Source: Opitutus sp. GAS368 (lineage in GTDB: Bacteria > Verrucomicrobiota > Verrucomicrobiia > Opitutales > Opitutaceae). Taken from it: DNA of 64,000 nucleotides. The notes beneath the pieces were generated by a model, which worked only from the letters and a program-made list of their open reading frames with translations, had not been told where the DNA came from and did not search any database. Below are positions 1 through 10,081 of the stretch, piece by piece. The stretch spans positions 44,787 through 108,786 of the forward strand of contig CAMAVZ010000002.1 of NCBI GenBank assembly GCA_945861645.1, read 5' to 3'. Position 1 is the stretch's first letter. Each line of letters opens with the position of its first letter. A program made the translations under genes and the position numbers.

Positions 1-923
1 ACATCCGCATTGAGCATCTGCTCATAAGCGTTGATGCGGGCTTGGCCCTTAGATTGGCGCGCCCGGGCTCCTTGCCTAATCCAAGCCAACTCACGCGCCA
101 TGGCCTTCTGCCGCTTGCTCTCGGTGCGTTCCGCCACCACCGCCATCGCCTGCTTTTGCTCCAGCCATGACGAATAATTTCCCTTAAAAGGCAGGCCCGA
201 TCCGTGATCAAGCTCCAGAATCCAACCGGCGACATTATCCAGAAAATAGCGATCATGCGTGACCGCGATGACGGTGCCTTCGTAACGACTCAAATGCTGC
301 TCGAGCCAATTAACCGAATCGGCATCGAGGTGATTAGTCGGTTCGTCCAGCAGCAAGATCGAGGGTTTTTGTAACAGTAAACGGGCCAGCGCAACACGCC
401 GACGCTCACCACCGGAGAGATGATCAACCATCGCCGCCGCTGAGGGACAGCGTAGCGCGTCCATCGCCTGCTCAATGAGGGGCGCGACATCCCAGGCGCC
501 GAGGTGGTCAATCTTCTCCTGCAGCTTCGCTTGTTTTTCAGAAATAGCATCCTTGGCCGCATCGTCTTCCGCCGCGGAGAGTTCATCCCAACTCGCATCA
601 TAGGCGGCGGTCAGATCCGTGAGGTGTTTGACGCCCTCCTCAACGCAGGCTCGCACCGTAGACCCTGGGGTGAGCGCTGGCTCCTGTTGCAAAAAGCCAA
701 CCGTGTAGCCCGGCTCAAAGTGCACGCGACCTTCAATGTCGGTATCAATCCCCGCGAGAATCCGCATCAACGAAGATTTGCCGGAACCGTTCAGACCGAG
801 CACGCCGATCTTGGCGCCGTAATAAAAAGAGAGCGAGATGTCGCGGAGGATTTCCTTGCGCTCGATTTTTTTCGAGACGCCAAGCATCGAGAAGATAATC
901 TTGGGGGCTTCCGGAGTGGCCAT
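1..923 (-). CDS. ettA: Energy-dependent translational throttle ABC-F ATPase EttA (partial; 3' end runs off the window start)
   Basis: Not in the ORF track. Hand translation from ATG 923 gives MATPEAPKIIFSM...ILRDISLSFYYGAKIGVLGLNGSGKSSL...LSGGERRRVALARLLLQKPSILLLDEPTNHLD...VTHDRYFLDNVAGWILELD, with Walker A/B motifs and EttA-like segments. Confidence 0.93.
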   Translation of the reverse strand, partial: MATPEAPKIIFSMLGVSKKIERKEILRDISLSFYYGAKIGVLGLNGSGKSSLMRILAGIDTDIEGRVHFEPGYTVGFLQQEPALTPGSTVRACVEEGVKHLTDLTAAYDASWDELSAAEDDAAKDAISEKQAKLQEKIDHLGAWDVAPLIEQAMDALRCPSAAAMVDHLSGGERRRVALARLLLQKPSILLLDEPTNHLDADSVNWLEQHLSRYEGTVIAVTHDRYFLDNVAGWILELDHGSGLPFKGNYSSWLEQKQAMAVVAERTESKRQKAMARELAWIRQGARARQSKGQARINAYEQMLNAD

Positions 924-1062
924 GGAAAGAAAAGCTGGGCGTTGATCGCCAAGAGTCGAGCGCAAGAAAAAATCAGCTAAAAGCCCCCGCGACTATGGTC
1001 CAGCCCTCGCCCCAACTGGCCGCGGAGCGGTCCGGCACCGCGGCGGCAGTCACCCCATTTGC

Positions 1063-2421
1063 TCAGACCTCATAAAGGTGCAGCGGCACCGGATCGATAA
1101 TTTTGGCTTTGGGCAATTGCTCGGCCAGTTGGGACTTGAACCAATCGCGGGCATCGGGATCCCCATGCGTCAGCACCACGCACCGCGCTTTGGTTTGCAC
1201 GGCAAATTCCAAGAGCTCGCCCCGCTCCGCATGGCCGCTCAACTCAAAGCGCTCCACGCGAGCCTTAACCTTTGTCTTAACATCGAGGGCCGAAAACAAG
1301 AAATTGGCCCCCGGCTTGGTGGCCAATAATTTTCCGCCCGGCGTGTCCGGATCACAATAACCGACAAAGCCAATCGTGTTATGGGCGTGACCCAACAAGC
1401 CCGAAGCGAGCGCATAACTTGGCGTGCGCTCCACCAACATACCGGAGCTAACAATATAAAGCCCCTTTTGGTGTGGCTCTTGGCCCGGGGTAATTTTGCG
1501 CGGCAACTTACCCAGTTTGAGGTCCTTCAAAATTCGCCGATCAAATTGCACGTCTTTCGTTTTCCGCGATACTTCATCAAATAATTCGGAGAGCCCGATG
1601 CCGAGGCCGCCCGCAAACATCGGGCAATCTATCAACCGACCGAAGCGGCGCGCATCGTGAAAGACGGCGAGCAATTCTTGCATCCGGCCCAGCGCAAAGA
1701 CGGGCAACAAAAAGGAACCGCCGTTTGCAATCGTATCGTTAATGGAGTCGATCAGCCGCGCGATTTCATGCACGCGCTCCTTGCCGTAAGCGCGCTCCGT
1801 CATGCCGCGCGTGGTCTCGATGATCAGAGTATCAAAATGGCCAATCGGGAAGTGCGCCCCCTTCAGTGTGCGGAGATGCTCGAACAATACATCGCCGGTC
1901 AGGAATATTTTCCGCAACCCGTGATGGATTTCGACCGCCGTGGCTCCCGCCACATGACCCGATGGGTGAAACATGAGCTCGATCTCGGTGCGCTTGCCTT
2001 TGATTTTTTTGATCTTCTTGAAATCAAGTCCGTTAAAACGATGCACGAGGCCCTCAATTTCTTGATGGGTAAAAAGCGGGTAGCCGGGGATATTATTCTC
2101 CTCTTTTTGCTTCTGCATCACGTTCGCCGAATTATGCAGCATCTTTTCAATCAACAGGCGACTCGACTGCGTCAGGAGCACGGGGGTCTTGGGGTGTTGG
2201 CGCATCACGACGGGGAGACCACCAATATGATCCAAATGACAATGCGTGATGATGATCAGGTCGAGATGGACGTCGCGCAGTAATTTTAGATCGGGTAAGG
2301 CGCCGAGCCCAGGCGTCTTAGGATTTAGTCCGCAGTCGACTAAAATATTCAAATCGCCGATCTGCAAAAGCAGTGAGTTGGCGCCAATACCGCCTTGGCG
2401 GTTGAGATCGGTGAGTTTCAT
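1063..2421 (-). CDS. MBL-fold beta-CASP family nuclease (YSH1/CPSF-like RNA-processing hydrolase)
   Basis: HCHLDH zinc motif, GHVAG, TGD, PVFALGRMQE and LSGHA motifs. Start taken at ATG 2421. Confidence 0.85.
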   Translation of the reverse strand: MKLTDLNRQGGIGANSLLLQIGDLNILVDCGLNPKTPGLGALPDLKLLRDVHLDLIIITHCHLDHIGGLPVVMRQHPKTPVLLTQSSRLLIEKMLHNSANVMQKQKEENNIPGYPLFTHQEIEGLVHRFNGLDFKKIKKIKGKRTEIELMFHPSGHVAGATAVEIHHGLRKIFLTGDVLFEHLRTLKGAHFPIGHFDTLIIETTRGMTERAYGKERVHEIARLIDSINDTIANGGSFLLPVFALGRMQELLAVFHDARRFGRLIDCPMFAGGLGIGLSELFDEVSRKTKDVQFDRRILKDLKLGKLPRKITPGQEPHQKGLYIVSSGMLVERTPSYALASGLLGHAHNTIGFVGYCDPDTPGGKLLATKPGANFLFSALDVKTKVKARVERFELSGHAERGELLEFAVQTKARCVVLTHGDPDARDWFKSQLAEQLPKAKIIDPVPLHLYEV

Positions 2422-2514
2422 GAGATGGAACCCGCCATGGAGAGGCGCCAACTCCCCGCAAGCAAGCCCCCAGTTTTTATGTAAAAAGCTAAAGCGCTGA
2501 GGGGGCTGAGCAGG

Positions 2515-3729
2515 CTAGGCCAACGCCGGATTCACTGGGCGGGCGTTACGGGGCAACGCCATCGAGATGCAGCCGGCCGCCAGGACAAAGCTGCAGGCCC
2601 CCCACAAGCAGCCGAATATTCCTGCCCACTGATATAATACGCCAGAAAGGAGGCAGCCCACGAGTCGGCCGCCAGCATTGGCCATATAATAAAAACCCAC
2701 GTTGAGGGCCACTTTATCGCCATCAGTGTAATCGAGAATCAGATAGGAATGCACGGCAGAGTTAAGAGCGAAAATCACTCCAAAAATTGATAGCCCACTG
2801 ACAACCACCCAACCAGCCGGTGCGCCGAGAGTCAAAGCGAGGGGCACTCCTGCCGATACTGCCGCGAGCATAAAGGCCAAAACTAAAGCCGCGCCTCCCG
2901 CTGGGGCCCGCCCTCGCCAAAAAACCGGTGAGGCACCCTGCACCAAGCCATAGCCGATAACCCAAAAGGCCATGAAGGTGCCGACCTCGGTAAAACTCCA
3001 CCCCAGCACACTGCGCAGAAAAACGGGCACGCCGACGACGAACCAAATGTCGCGCGCTCCGAAAAGAAAAAATCGCGCCGCGCAGAGCAGGTTAATTTCG
3101 TGACTTTTTGCCAACAGCTCTTTAAAGCCCGCTCTGACTTTCGCCTTACCTAGTTCTGCTGGCAGCGAAACCCACGCGCCAATCCACACCAGGGCCAGTG
3201 CGCCAGCCATGATTTCCAGGGCCCCAGCAAATCCGGCCAGGGTGAGCAGAAACCCGCCGAGGAAAAACCCCACGCCTTTCAGGGCATTTTTCGAACCCGT
3301 CAGCAAGGCCACCCAGCGAAAGAGCATACCCTGAGCCCCGACCGGAACCAGCAGCTTGATTGCGCTCTTGGAACTCATCTTGGTCAAATCCTTCGCGATG
3401 CCTGACAGGGCCTGCGTTGCCATTACGTAGGCGACCGACCACCCTTCTGGCCAAGCCGGATTCAGCCGCGCGAGCAAGCCTAGCGCTGCCACCTGCAACG
3501 CCAAGCCCGCGATCAGCGTCACGCGCAGCCCAAGCCGACTCGCGAGCCAACCTCCGAACAAATTAGTCAGGATACCGCAAAACTCATAGAGCAGAAACAG
3601 CAAGGCTAGCGTCACCGGACTATAGCCAAGATGAGAAAAATGCAGCAACACGAGCATGCGCAGCGCCCCATCTGTCAGCGTAAATCCCCAGTAGGCGCCG
3701 GTGACAAAAATGTAATTACGGATGTTCAT
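2515..3729 (-). CDS. arsJ: Organoarsenical efflux MFS transporter ArsJ
   Basis: YWGFTLTDGALRMLVLL, SGIAKDLTKMSSKSAIK and VGFYYMANAGGRL segments; lies directly downstream of a GAPDH gene. Confidence 0.93.
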   Translation of the reverse strand: MNIRNYIFVTGAYWGFTLTDGALRMLVLLHFSHLGYSPVTLALLFLLYEFCGILTNLFGGWLASRLGLRVTLIAGLALQVAALGLLARLNPAWPEGWSVAYVMATQALSGIAKDLTKMSSKSAIKLLVPVGAQGMLFRWVALLTGSKNALKGVGFFLGGFLLTLAGFAGALEIMAGALALVWIGAWVSLPAELGKAKVRAGFKELLAKSHEINLLCAARFFLFGARDIWFVVGVPVFLRSVLGWSFTEVGTFMAFWVIGYGLVQGASPVFWRGRAPAGGAALVLAFMLAAVSAGVPLALTLGAPAGWVVVSGLSIFGVIFALNSAVHSYLILDYTDGDKVALNVGFYYMANAGGRLVGCLLSGVLYQWAGIFGCLWGACSFVLAAGCISMALPRNARPVNPALA

Positions 3730-3746
3730 GCAGACCAGCGATCAGC

Positions 3747-4775
3747 TTACGCCCCCAGTGATTGCGCGACTTTGCGGGCCAGTTCGGCCATTCGATTAGC
3801 ATAACCCCACTCGTTATCATACCATGCGTAAATTTTTACGAGGCGCCGGTTCACCACCATCGTGGACAAAGCATCAATCGTCGCAGAGGCTGGGTTGCCC
3901 TTAAAATCAATCGAGACCAGCGGCCGAGTCTCATAATCAAGGATACCTTTTAGCGGAGCGATTTCGCTGGCGGCTTTAAGCAGGGCATTCACCTCTTCGG
4001 CTGTGGTGTCACGCTTCACTTGAAAAACACAATCGGTGAGCGATCCAGTCAGCAGCGGCACGCGGATAGCGTGCCCGTTGAGCTTGCCCAGCAACTCCGG
4101 ATAAATAAGACCGATGGCGGTCGCGCTACCGGTGGTGGTCGGGATCAGGGAGAGGCCAGCGGCTCGGGCGCGACGCAGATCCTTGTGGGGCGCATCGATG
4201 ATGGTCTGGGTGTTGGTCGCATCGTGCACGGTGGTAATTGCCCCATGCTCGATGCCCAAACCTTCGTGGATTACCTTTACAACTGGGGCGAGGCAGTTGG
4301 TCGTACACGAGGCGGCGGTGAGCAGTCGGTGCTTAGCGGAATCGTAGAGGTTGTCGTTAACCCCCATCACGATATTCAAGCTATCCCCGCCTTTAACTGG
4401 TGCCGCAACGATCACCTTTGAAACACCCCGCTCGAAATAAGGCGCCAGTTGTTCTGGCGTGCGAAACTTGCCGGAGCACTCGAGCACCAGATCAACCCCA
4501 TAGTCAGACCACGGCACTTCACCGGGCTTGGGGTGACCCGTGACGCGTATAGGGGTTGGCTCAGTTCCGACGCGAAAGGCGGCCCCCTCGGCCGTCGCAA
4601 CGTGAGCCCAGCGCCCCTGCACGGAGTCAAAATTCAGCAAATGAGCGCACGTGGCGGCATCAGCCTTAGGGTCATTGACCAGCACCCATTCAAATTCCGG
4701 CCAATGGGCGGCCGCGCGAAAAACTAGCCGACCGATACGACCAAATCCGTTAATCCCTATTCGCATTTTTTTCAT
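3747..4775 (-). CDS. gap: ArsJ-associated glyceraldehyde-3-phosphate dehydrogenase
   Basis: [20 protein letters not shown] active site and WYDNEWGY; located between arsR and arsJ. Confidence 0.93.
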   Translation of the reverse strand: MKKMRIGINGFGRIGRLVFRAAAHWPEFEWVLVNDPKADAATCAHLLNFDSVQGRWAHVATAEGAAFRVGTEPTPIRVTGHPKPGEVPWSDYGVDLVLECSGKFRTPEQLAPYFERGVSKVIVAAPVKGGDSLNIVMGVNDNLYDSAKHRLLTAASCTTNCLAPVVKVIHEGLGIEHGAITTVHDATNTQTIIDAPHKDLRRARAAGLSLIPTTTGSATAIGLIYPELLGKLNGHAIRVPLLTGSLTDCVFQVKRDTTAEEVNALLKAASEIAPLKGILDYETRPLVSIDFKGNPASATIDALSTMVVNRRLVKIYAWYDNEWGYANRMAELARKVAQSLGA

Positions 4776-4782
4776 AGATTAA

Positions 4783-5196
4783 TCAACCACAGCCACTGCG
4801 GCGACCCAGGACGGAGCCAGTCGCCCCGCCCCCTAACCGAACGGGCCCGCAACCGCCCAGCCCCCGCGCGACTAAAAATGGCGCCAATTTTGTGAGCCGT
4901 GCCCGGTCGCGCATAAACAACGGGACGTCGTCCACGCATTTTTCAAGACAGGCTAAGTTGACCTGGAAAGTAGGCGAAGGCTTGGCGGGTAGCATGTAGA
5001 TCACCCAGTTGCCTTGGCGCCGACATTGCACTAAACCGCGGGCCCGCAGATAAGCTAAATGCTTGGAGATCTTTACCTGCGGCTCCCCTAGAATTGTTTG
5101 AAAATGACAAACACAGAGCGGTCCAGGCATCAGCAAATGCAACACCCGCAAGCGCGTTAAATCCTGCAGGCTTTGGTAAATTTTTACTAATTCCAC
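4783..5196 (-). CDS. arsR: ArsR/SmtB family metalloregulator
   Basis: TRLRVLHLL...LCVCHF...SKHLAYLR...RRQGNWVIY, with a CVC As(III)-type site. Start is GTG 5196 or TTG 5202. Confidence 0.88.
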   Translation of the reverse strand: MELVKIYQSLQDLTRLRVLHLLMPGPLCVCHFQTILGEPQVKISKHLAYLRARGLVQCRRQGNWVIYMLPAKPSPTFQVNLACLEKCVDDVPLFMRDRARLTKLAPFLVARGLGGCGPVRLGGGATGSVLGRRSGCG

Positions 5197-5203
5197 CCCC
5201 AAT

Positions 5204-5227
5204 CTATATTCTCATACAAGAATATAG
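5204..5227. promoter_or_regulatory. Putative ArsR operator, 9-6-9 inverted repeat
   Basis: CTATATTCT-CATACA-AGAATATAG lies immediately upstream of arsR, inside its probable promoter (TTGAGC at 5232-5227 on the minus strand). Confidence 0.75.
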
Positions 5228-5296
5228 CTCAAGTCAGAATATCGGGCGTTACCGCAATGTAACTTCCAGCTTTTCACTTAAACCCCAACCACCACC

Positions 5297-5668
5297 TCAG
5301 ATGTGCTTAGAATCGGCTTCGTCTTTTTTGACGTAACCACTTTCCTGCCGTTGGTGATTAACGGCATTTTTCTTAAGATATGCTTGGTAAACATCGTCCG
5401 GCGTCATGCCGAGGGTCTGCGCCAGCGACACCAGAAAGTGGAAAAGATCGACGACTTCTACCTTAGCGTTCTGCTCGTCAAATTTCTGATACTTCGCCCA
5501 CCACTTCCAAGGCACACTATCAATCAGCTCGGCCGTTTCTTGCTGCATGGCACGAGTGTAATTGAGGATCCACTTCGCCTTTTCTTCGTCAGTGGGCGGG
5601 GGTAAATTCACTCCAATGCGCTTATTAAGCGCATCTTGCATACGAAAAATTTCCTCGAGTTTGTCCAT
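5297..5668 (-). CDS. Dimeric all-alpha dUTPase family protein
   Basis: ETAEL...PWKWW...EVVDLFHF...YLKKNAVNHQRQ motifs of the dUTPase_2 family. Start at ATG 5668. Confidence 0.85.
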   Translation of the reverse strand: MDKLEEIFRMQDALNKRIGVNLPPPTDEEKAKWILNYTRAMQQETAELIDSVPWKWWAKYQKFDEQNAKVEVVDLFHFLVSLAQTLGMTPDDVYQAYLKKNAVNHQRQESGYVKKDEADSKHI

Positions 5669-5859
5669 GATGACTAACTTGAGCGCCACTTCCCCCTCTG
5701 GCAAGCCCGTCGCCCAGGAAAAATTAAGTTGCCCTGCTAGGGTGTATCCGCGACATTAACTAGCTATTGCCGCTGTTGAGCGAGATTTTCGAGCTCCAGC
5801 TGGCATCAACAACCCTGCGCCGCCACTCTTGGCAGGCGCTTACAACCAACAACATAGAC

Positions 5860-6795
5860 ATGTCATCCACAGAATCGTCCAATGCTCCGGCCGAAGCATC
5901 TGCGACCACCCCGGCGTCAAACGCCGAGTCCTCCTTCGGCTCCACGCGCGGCTCTGGCCTAGCCCGCGGGAAAGCTAAGCGTTCGAGTGCCCCTGCTGCC
6001 GCTACCGCGGCGTCTGCCGCGTACACCCCGACCGCAATTGCGGTCGTGACCGCTCCGCGTGAATACCAAAATCCGTTCGCCCCGGTGGAAACACCCGTGG
6101 CTGTAACTGAGTCCGCTGCCCCTGTCGCCCCCGCGCCAGTTGCTGCTGCTCCCGTTGCCCCTGTCAAAGCCCCTGCCGCGGTTATTGCCGCCCCCGTCCA
6201 AGTCGCCAACGAAGAGCCTGCGGAATTAAATATTCTCGAGCCCGAACAGCAGAAAACCGCGCCGGCCCAAACTTGGGAAAGCGAGGGATTCCGACCTGCC
6301 CGTGAGTCGCGCAATGATCGTCCTCGGCGGGAAGAAGCCCGCCGCGAAGAACCTCGGCGCGCCGCAAGCCCCGCCCAAGAGCCGTTTGATCCAGCCTCGA
6401 TTCCCGAGAAATTCATCTACGTGCGTCCCGGCTACAATTATGTGCCCACACCGTCTAACTTCGGTGGGGCCCCACGCGAGAATCGCTCGACTCGTCCCGC
6501 CGCGCCGGATGCTTCCACAGCTCCACGCAGCCCCGCGCCGGCCCCATCGCGGGGATTTTTCAGCTGGCTGAAATCTCTCTTCACGAGTTCCTCCAGCACC
6601 TCGGCTTCTGCCGCGGCGCCATCAGGGGATCGCGCCTACAACCGCAACCGCGGTGATCGCGGGCGCAGTTCCCATGGTGGCAGCGGTGGTGGTGATGGCC
6701 AACGCCGCCGCAGTCGCGGGGGTCGCGGTCGGAGCCAATCCCGCGGTGACTATCGTGGCGGTGGCGACCAAGGCTCGAGTCAGGGCGGCATCTAA
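5860..6795 (+). CDS. Intrinsically disordered Ala/Pro/Arg-rich protein with an amphipathic helix and Arg/Gly-rich tail
   Basis: Long ORF followed by a terminator. Low-complexity sequence with GFFSWLKSLF and RRRSRGGRGR segments. Confidence 0.75.
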   Translation: MSSTESSNAPAEASATTPASNAESSFGSTRGSGLARGKAKRSSAPAAATAASAAYTPTAIAVVTAPREYQNPFAPVETPVAVTESAAPVAPAPVAAAPVAPVKAPAAVIAAPVQVANEEPAELNILEPEQQKTAPAQTWESEGFRPARESRNDRPRREEARREEPRRAASPAQEPFDPASIPEKFIYVRPGYNYVPTPSNFGGAPRENRSTRPAAPDASTAPRSPAPAPSRGFFSWLKSLFTSSSSTSASAAAPSGDRAYNRNRGDRGRSSHGGSGGGDGQRRRSRGGRGRSQSRGDYRGGGDQGSSQGGI

Positions 6796-6838
6796 AGCCA
6801 CTTAACTCTTGCCAACGCGCCCCGCGCGAATCGCATTC

Positions 6839-6869
6839 AAAGCGTCTGCCTTACGGTAGACGCTTTTTT
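6839..6869 (+). terminator. Rho-independent terminator
   Basis: AAAGCGTCTGCC-TTAC-GGTAGACGCTTT hairpin ending in a T tract. Confidence 0.85.
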
Positions 6870-6922
6870 ATTGTCGCTGACCGCAGCGCGTCACGTTCAA
6901 CTCGCAATTCTACTCTCACCCG

Positions 6923-8212
6923 ATGGCTGATCTCATCATTCACGGCGGCAAACCCCTAAGCGGCACGATCACGCCCTCAGGCAATAAGAACTCTATCTTG
7001 CCGATTCTCTGTGCGTCCCTGCTCACCGACGCCAAACTCACGCTGCGGCACGTCCCGTTTATTACGGATGTCGAGAAGCTCGTGAATTTCTTCACGGAAC
7101 AAGGCTCATGCATTGTGTGGAATCGCGCCGCTGGCTCAATGAGCATCGATCACTCGACCTTCGATGCTCGCCGCCTCAATGGCGAATTGCCCGCCGGGAT
7201 GCGCTCTGCCGTGCTTCTCTTCGCGCCCCTGTTGCAGCGCATGAAGAAAATCACGCTGCCTACCAACGCCAAGGGTTGCTCGCTCGGCATTCGTGAACTG
7301 GACCCGCACTTGGAGATTTTCGAAAAACTAGGGGCCAAGATTTCTCATCAGCGTAAATTAACCATGGCCCTGCGCGGTCGTTTTCGCGCCGGCCGCCACT
7401 GGCCTGATTACATGTCGGTGACGGCGACGGAAAACTTCGTCATGGCCGCGGTGCTGGCGGAGGGTGAATCGGTGCTGCTCAATGCAGCGAGCGAACCTCA
7501 TGTCCAAGACCTCTGCGCTGCCCTCGTCACGATGGGGGCAAAGATCACGGGCCTCGGTACCAGCCAACTCACGGTGTCGGGGGTTAAGCAGCTTAAGGGC
7601 GGCACGATCACGATCAATACCGACCATCATGAGGTCGTCACATTTCTTGCGCTCGGCGCCATCACTGGCGGCGAAGTCCGCGTTAAAAATTCCCTCCCCC
7701 ACCACTTTGACCTGATCAATCGTTCGTTCGCCAAGTTGGGCGTCAAAATCGACTACGAGGGCGACACCGCTATCGTCCGCCGCCGCCAAAAGCTCGTCAT
7801 CACACAACCCTTCACCTCGAACCTACTGCCTAAAATTGAGGCTGCTCCGTGGCCTTACTTTCCGGTTGATCTGCTACCGTGCATGATCGCGCTCGCAGTG
7901 CGAGCTGAAGGCACCGTGATGTTTTGGAATAAAGTCTACGAAGGTGGCTTCACTTGGATGTCAGAGTTATCTAAATTTGGCGCCCACGTGGTCGTCAGTG
8001 ATCCGCACCGGATTACTGTTTTTGGCGCCCGCCCCCTTCACCCCACGACGGTCGAAGCTCCTTACATCATTCGCGCCGCAGTCGCACTTTACATGGTGGC
8101 GGCCAGCATTCCGGGGAAAAGTGTGGTGAAAAATGCTGATACCATCAAACGCGCCCACCCTCATTTCGTCGAAAACCTGCGGAGCCTCGGCGCAGAGGTT
8201 GCATGGAAATAA
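6923..8212 (+). CDS. murA: UDP-N-acetylglucosamine 1-carboxyvinyltransferase
   Basis: SGNKNS, GCSLGIR catalytic Cys loop, SVTATEN, EPHV and PYFPVD motifs. Confidence 0.92.
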   Translation: MADLIIHGGKPLSGTITPSGNKNSILPILCASLLTDAKLTLRHVPFITDVEKLVNFFTEQGSCIVWNRAAGSMSIDHSTFDARRLNGELPAGMRSAVLLFAPLLQRMKKITLPTNAKGCSLGIRELDPHLEIFEKLGAKISHQRKLTMALRGRFRAGRHWPDYMSVTATENFVMAAVLAEGESVLLNAASEPHVQDLCAALVTMGAKITGLGTSQLTVSGVKQLKGGTITINTDHHEVVTFLALGAITGGEVRVKNSLPHHFDLINRSFAKLGVKIDYEGDTAIVRRRQKLVITQPFTSNLLPKIEAAPWPYFPVDLLPCMIALAVRAEGTVMFWNKVYEGGFTWMSELSKFGAHVVVSDPHRITVFGARPLHPTTVEAPYIIRAAVALYMVAASIPGKSVVKNADTIKRAHPHFVENLRSLGAEVAWK

Positions 8213-8284
8213 GTCTGTTTTTATTCTGAGATCTTAATTTCGCCGAACCCTTCGCTCCGCTCAAAATGCTCATTCTCCTTTCCC

Positions 8285-9358
8285 GTGGCCCAATCTAAAA
8301 TCGAGTACCAAAAGCCGAAAGCGGCGACCGCCTCGGTCACTGGTACGGGCTTTTTGACGAGCGCCCTCACCGCGCCGGTCTCACCCGCCGAGGCCGCGCT
8401 GCGTCCGCTGTCCTTCAGTGATTTCGCTGGGCAACCCAAGACCGTGGAACGCCTGCAGGTGATGGTCGGCGCCGCCAAGCGCCGCGGCGAAGCCCTCAAT
8501 CATATTCTTCTCTCGGGGCCGCCGGGGCTGGGAAAAACGACGCTGGCTTTCATCCTCGGCCACGAACTCGGCCGCACCGTACGCGTGACCTCTGGGCCGG
8601 TCATTGAGAAAGCCGGCGATCTGGCCGGCCTGCTCACCAACATGGAGGAAGGCGATATTTTGTTTATTGATGAAATTCACCGTATCCCCAAAACGGTGGA
8701 AGAGTATCTTTACAGTGCGATGGAGGATTTCCGGCTCGATATCATGATCGACCAAGGGCCCAACGCCCGCAGCGTGCGCCTTTCCATTCCAAAATTTACT
8801 CTCGTCGGAGCCACGACCCGTTCGGGCCTGCTCACCGCGCCCCTGCGTTCACGTTTCACCCTGAATACGCGCCTCGATTATTATGACCGCGCCACCCTCG
8901 AGGGAATTGTGCTGCGCAGTTGTGGACTGCTGAAGGTTGCCATCGACGCGGGCGGCGCGCAGGAAATTGCCCGACGCGCCCGCGGGACCCCGCGGATAGC
9001 GAATAATCTCGTCAACTTTTGCCGCGACTTCGCCTCGGAAAAAGCGGCGGGCAAGATCACGCAAGCCGTAGCCGCCGCCGCCCTTGAACTACTCGAGATT
9101 GATGCCGCAGGACTCGATGAAATGGATAAGCGCATGCTGCGCGTGATGGCAGAAAATTATGCGGGCGGGCCTGTCGGCATGAGCACGATCGCCATCGCGG
9201 TAGGCGAAGAGACCGAAACACTCGAAGAAGTTCATGAGCCATTTCTGATTCAAGAAGGCTACCTCCAGCGCACCGCCCAGGGCCGCCTTTTGACCCCAAA
9301 AGGCTACCACGCAGTAGGCCTGAAAGCCGCGACCGGGGCCCAGCAGTCACTGCTGTAA
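8285..9358 (+). CDS. ruvB: Holliday junction branch migration helicase RuvB
   Basis: LRP, GPPGLGKTT, FIDEIHR, GATTRSG and RGTPRIAN motifs. Confidence 0.96.
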   Translation: MAQSKIEYQKPKAATASVTGTGFLTSALTAPVSPAEAALRPLSFSDFAGQPKTVERLQVMVGAAKRRGEALNHILLSGPPGLGKTTLAFILGHELGRTVRVTSGPVIEKAGDLAGLLTNMEEGDILFIDEIHRIPKTVEEYLYSAMEDFRLDIMIDQGPNARSVRLSIPKFTLVGATTRSGLLTAPLRSRFTLNTRLDYYDRATLEGIVLRSCGLLKVAIDAGGAQEIARRARGTPRIANNLVNFCRDFASEKAAGKITQAVAAAALELLEIDAAGLDEMDKRMLRVMAENYAGGPVGMSTIAIAVGEETETLEEVHEPFLIQEGYLQRTAQGRLLTPKGYHAVGLKAATGAQQSLL

Positions 9359-10075
9359 TTAGAGATCCCCGAGTTGGGGCCGGAGCACAATTTCTTCGAC
9401 GACGGTCCGTGGACCGAGGCTGTAAATATCGTAAACCGCCCGCGCAATATCCGCCGCTGGCATGATTCGTTCCTTTTTAATGCCACTCCCCGACCATGAA
9501 GGCGACCACGTCGCTCCGGGGTGAAGGCAGCAGACCCGGATCCCGCGATTTTTAGTCTCCGCGCGTAGTACCTGCGCTAGGCCCGTTACCCCAAACTTCG
9601 CCGCGCAATAAGCAGCGGCGTTAGGATAAGCCCCGCGCCCCGCGATTGAGCTCATAAAAAAAATACTGCCGCGCTTTCGCTGGAGCATGGCCGGCAAGAA
9701 GGCCTGCGTAACTAAAAATGGGCTGCGAAGATTAACCGCAATCTGACGATCAAACGCTGCAACTGTAGTTTTTACAAAGGGCGCCATCGTAAAGGCACCC
9801 GCATTATTGATCAGCGCATCAAGGGGACCAAAATGTTTGTGCACCGCCCGCGCCATCGCGGTGACCGCGCCCTCATCCGTTACATCACAAGGGAAAATCT
9901 CGACCGTGGCTCCTGCTTGCAGACAAGCGCGCGCGGCCCGCTGAAGATTTTTTTCGCGGCGCGCCACTAAAGCCAAACGTACCCCAGGAATTTGCCCGGC
10001 GAAGACGTGGGCAATGGCGGCGCCAATGCCCTGAGAGGCGCCCGTGATGAGGATGAGGGGAGGCTTAGAGGCCAT
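9359..10075 (-). CDS. SDR oxidoreductase, candidate sepiapterin reductase
   Basis: TGASQGIG, NNAG and YCAAK motifs; C-terminus RTVVEEIVLRPQLGDL; downstream of folE2 and a PTPS gene. Confidence 0.85.
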   Translation of the reverse strand: MASKPPLILITGASQGIGAAIAHVFAGQIPGVRLALVARREKNLQRAARACLQAGATVEIFPCDVTDEGAVTAMARAVHKHFGPLDALINNAGAFTMAPFVKTTVAAFDRQIAVNLRSPFLVTQAFLPAMLQRKRGSIFFMSSIAGRGAYPNAAAYCAAKFGVTGLAQVLRAETKNRGIRVCCLHPGATWSPSWSGSGIKKERIMPAADIARAVYDIYSLGPRTVVEEIVLRPQLGDL

Positions 10076-10081
10076 AGGATC

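Noticed and set aside
5860-6795. Calling the disordered protein IF-2, Rho or RNase E
   Set aside because: It has no GTPase, ATPase or nuclease domain; any similarity would come from low-complexity sequence only.
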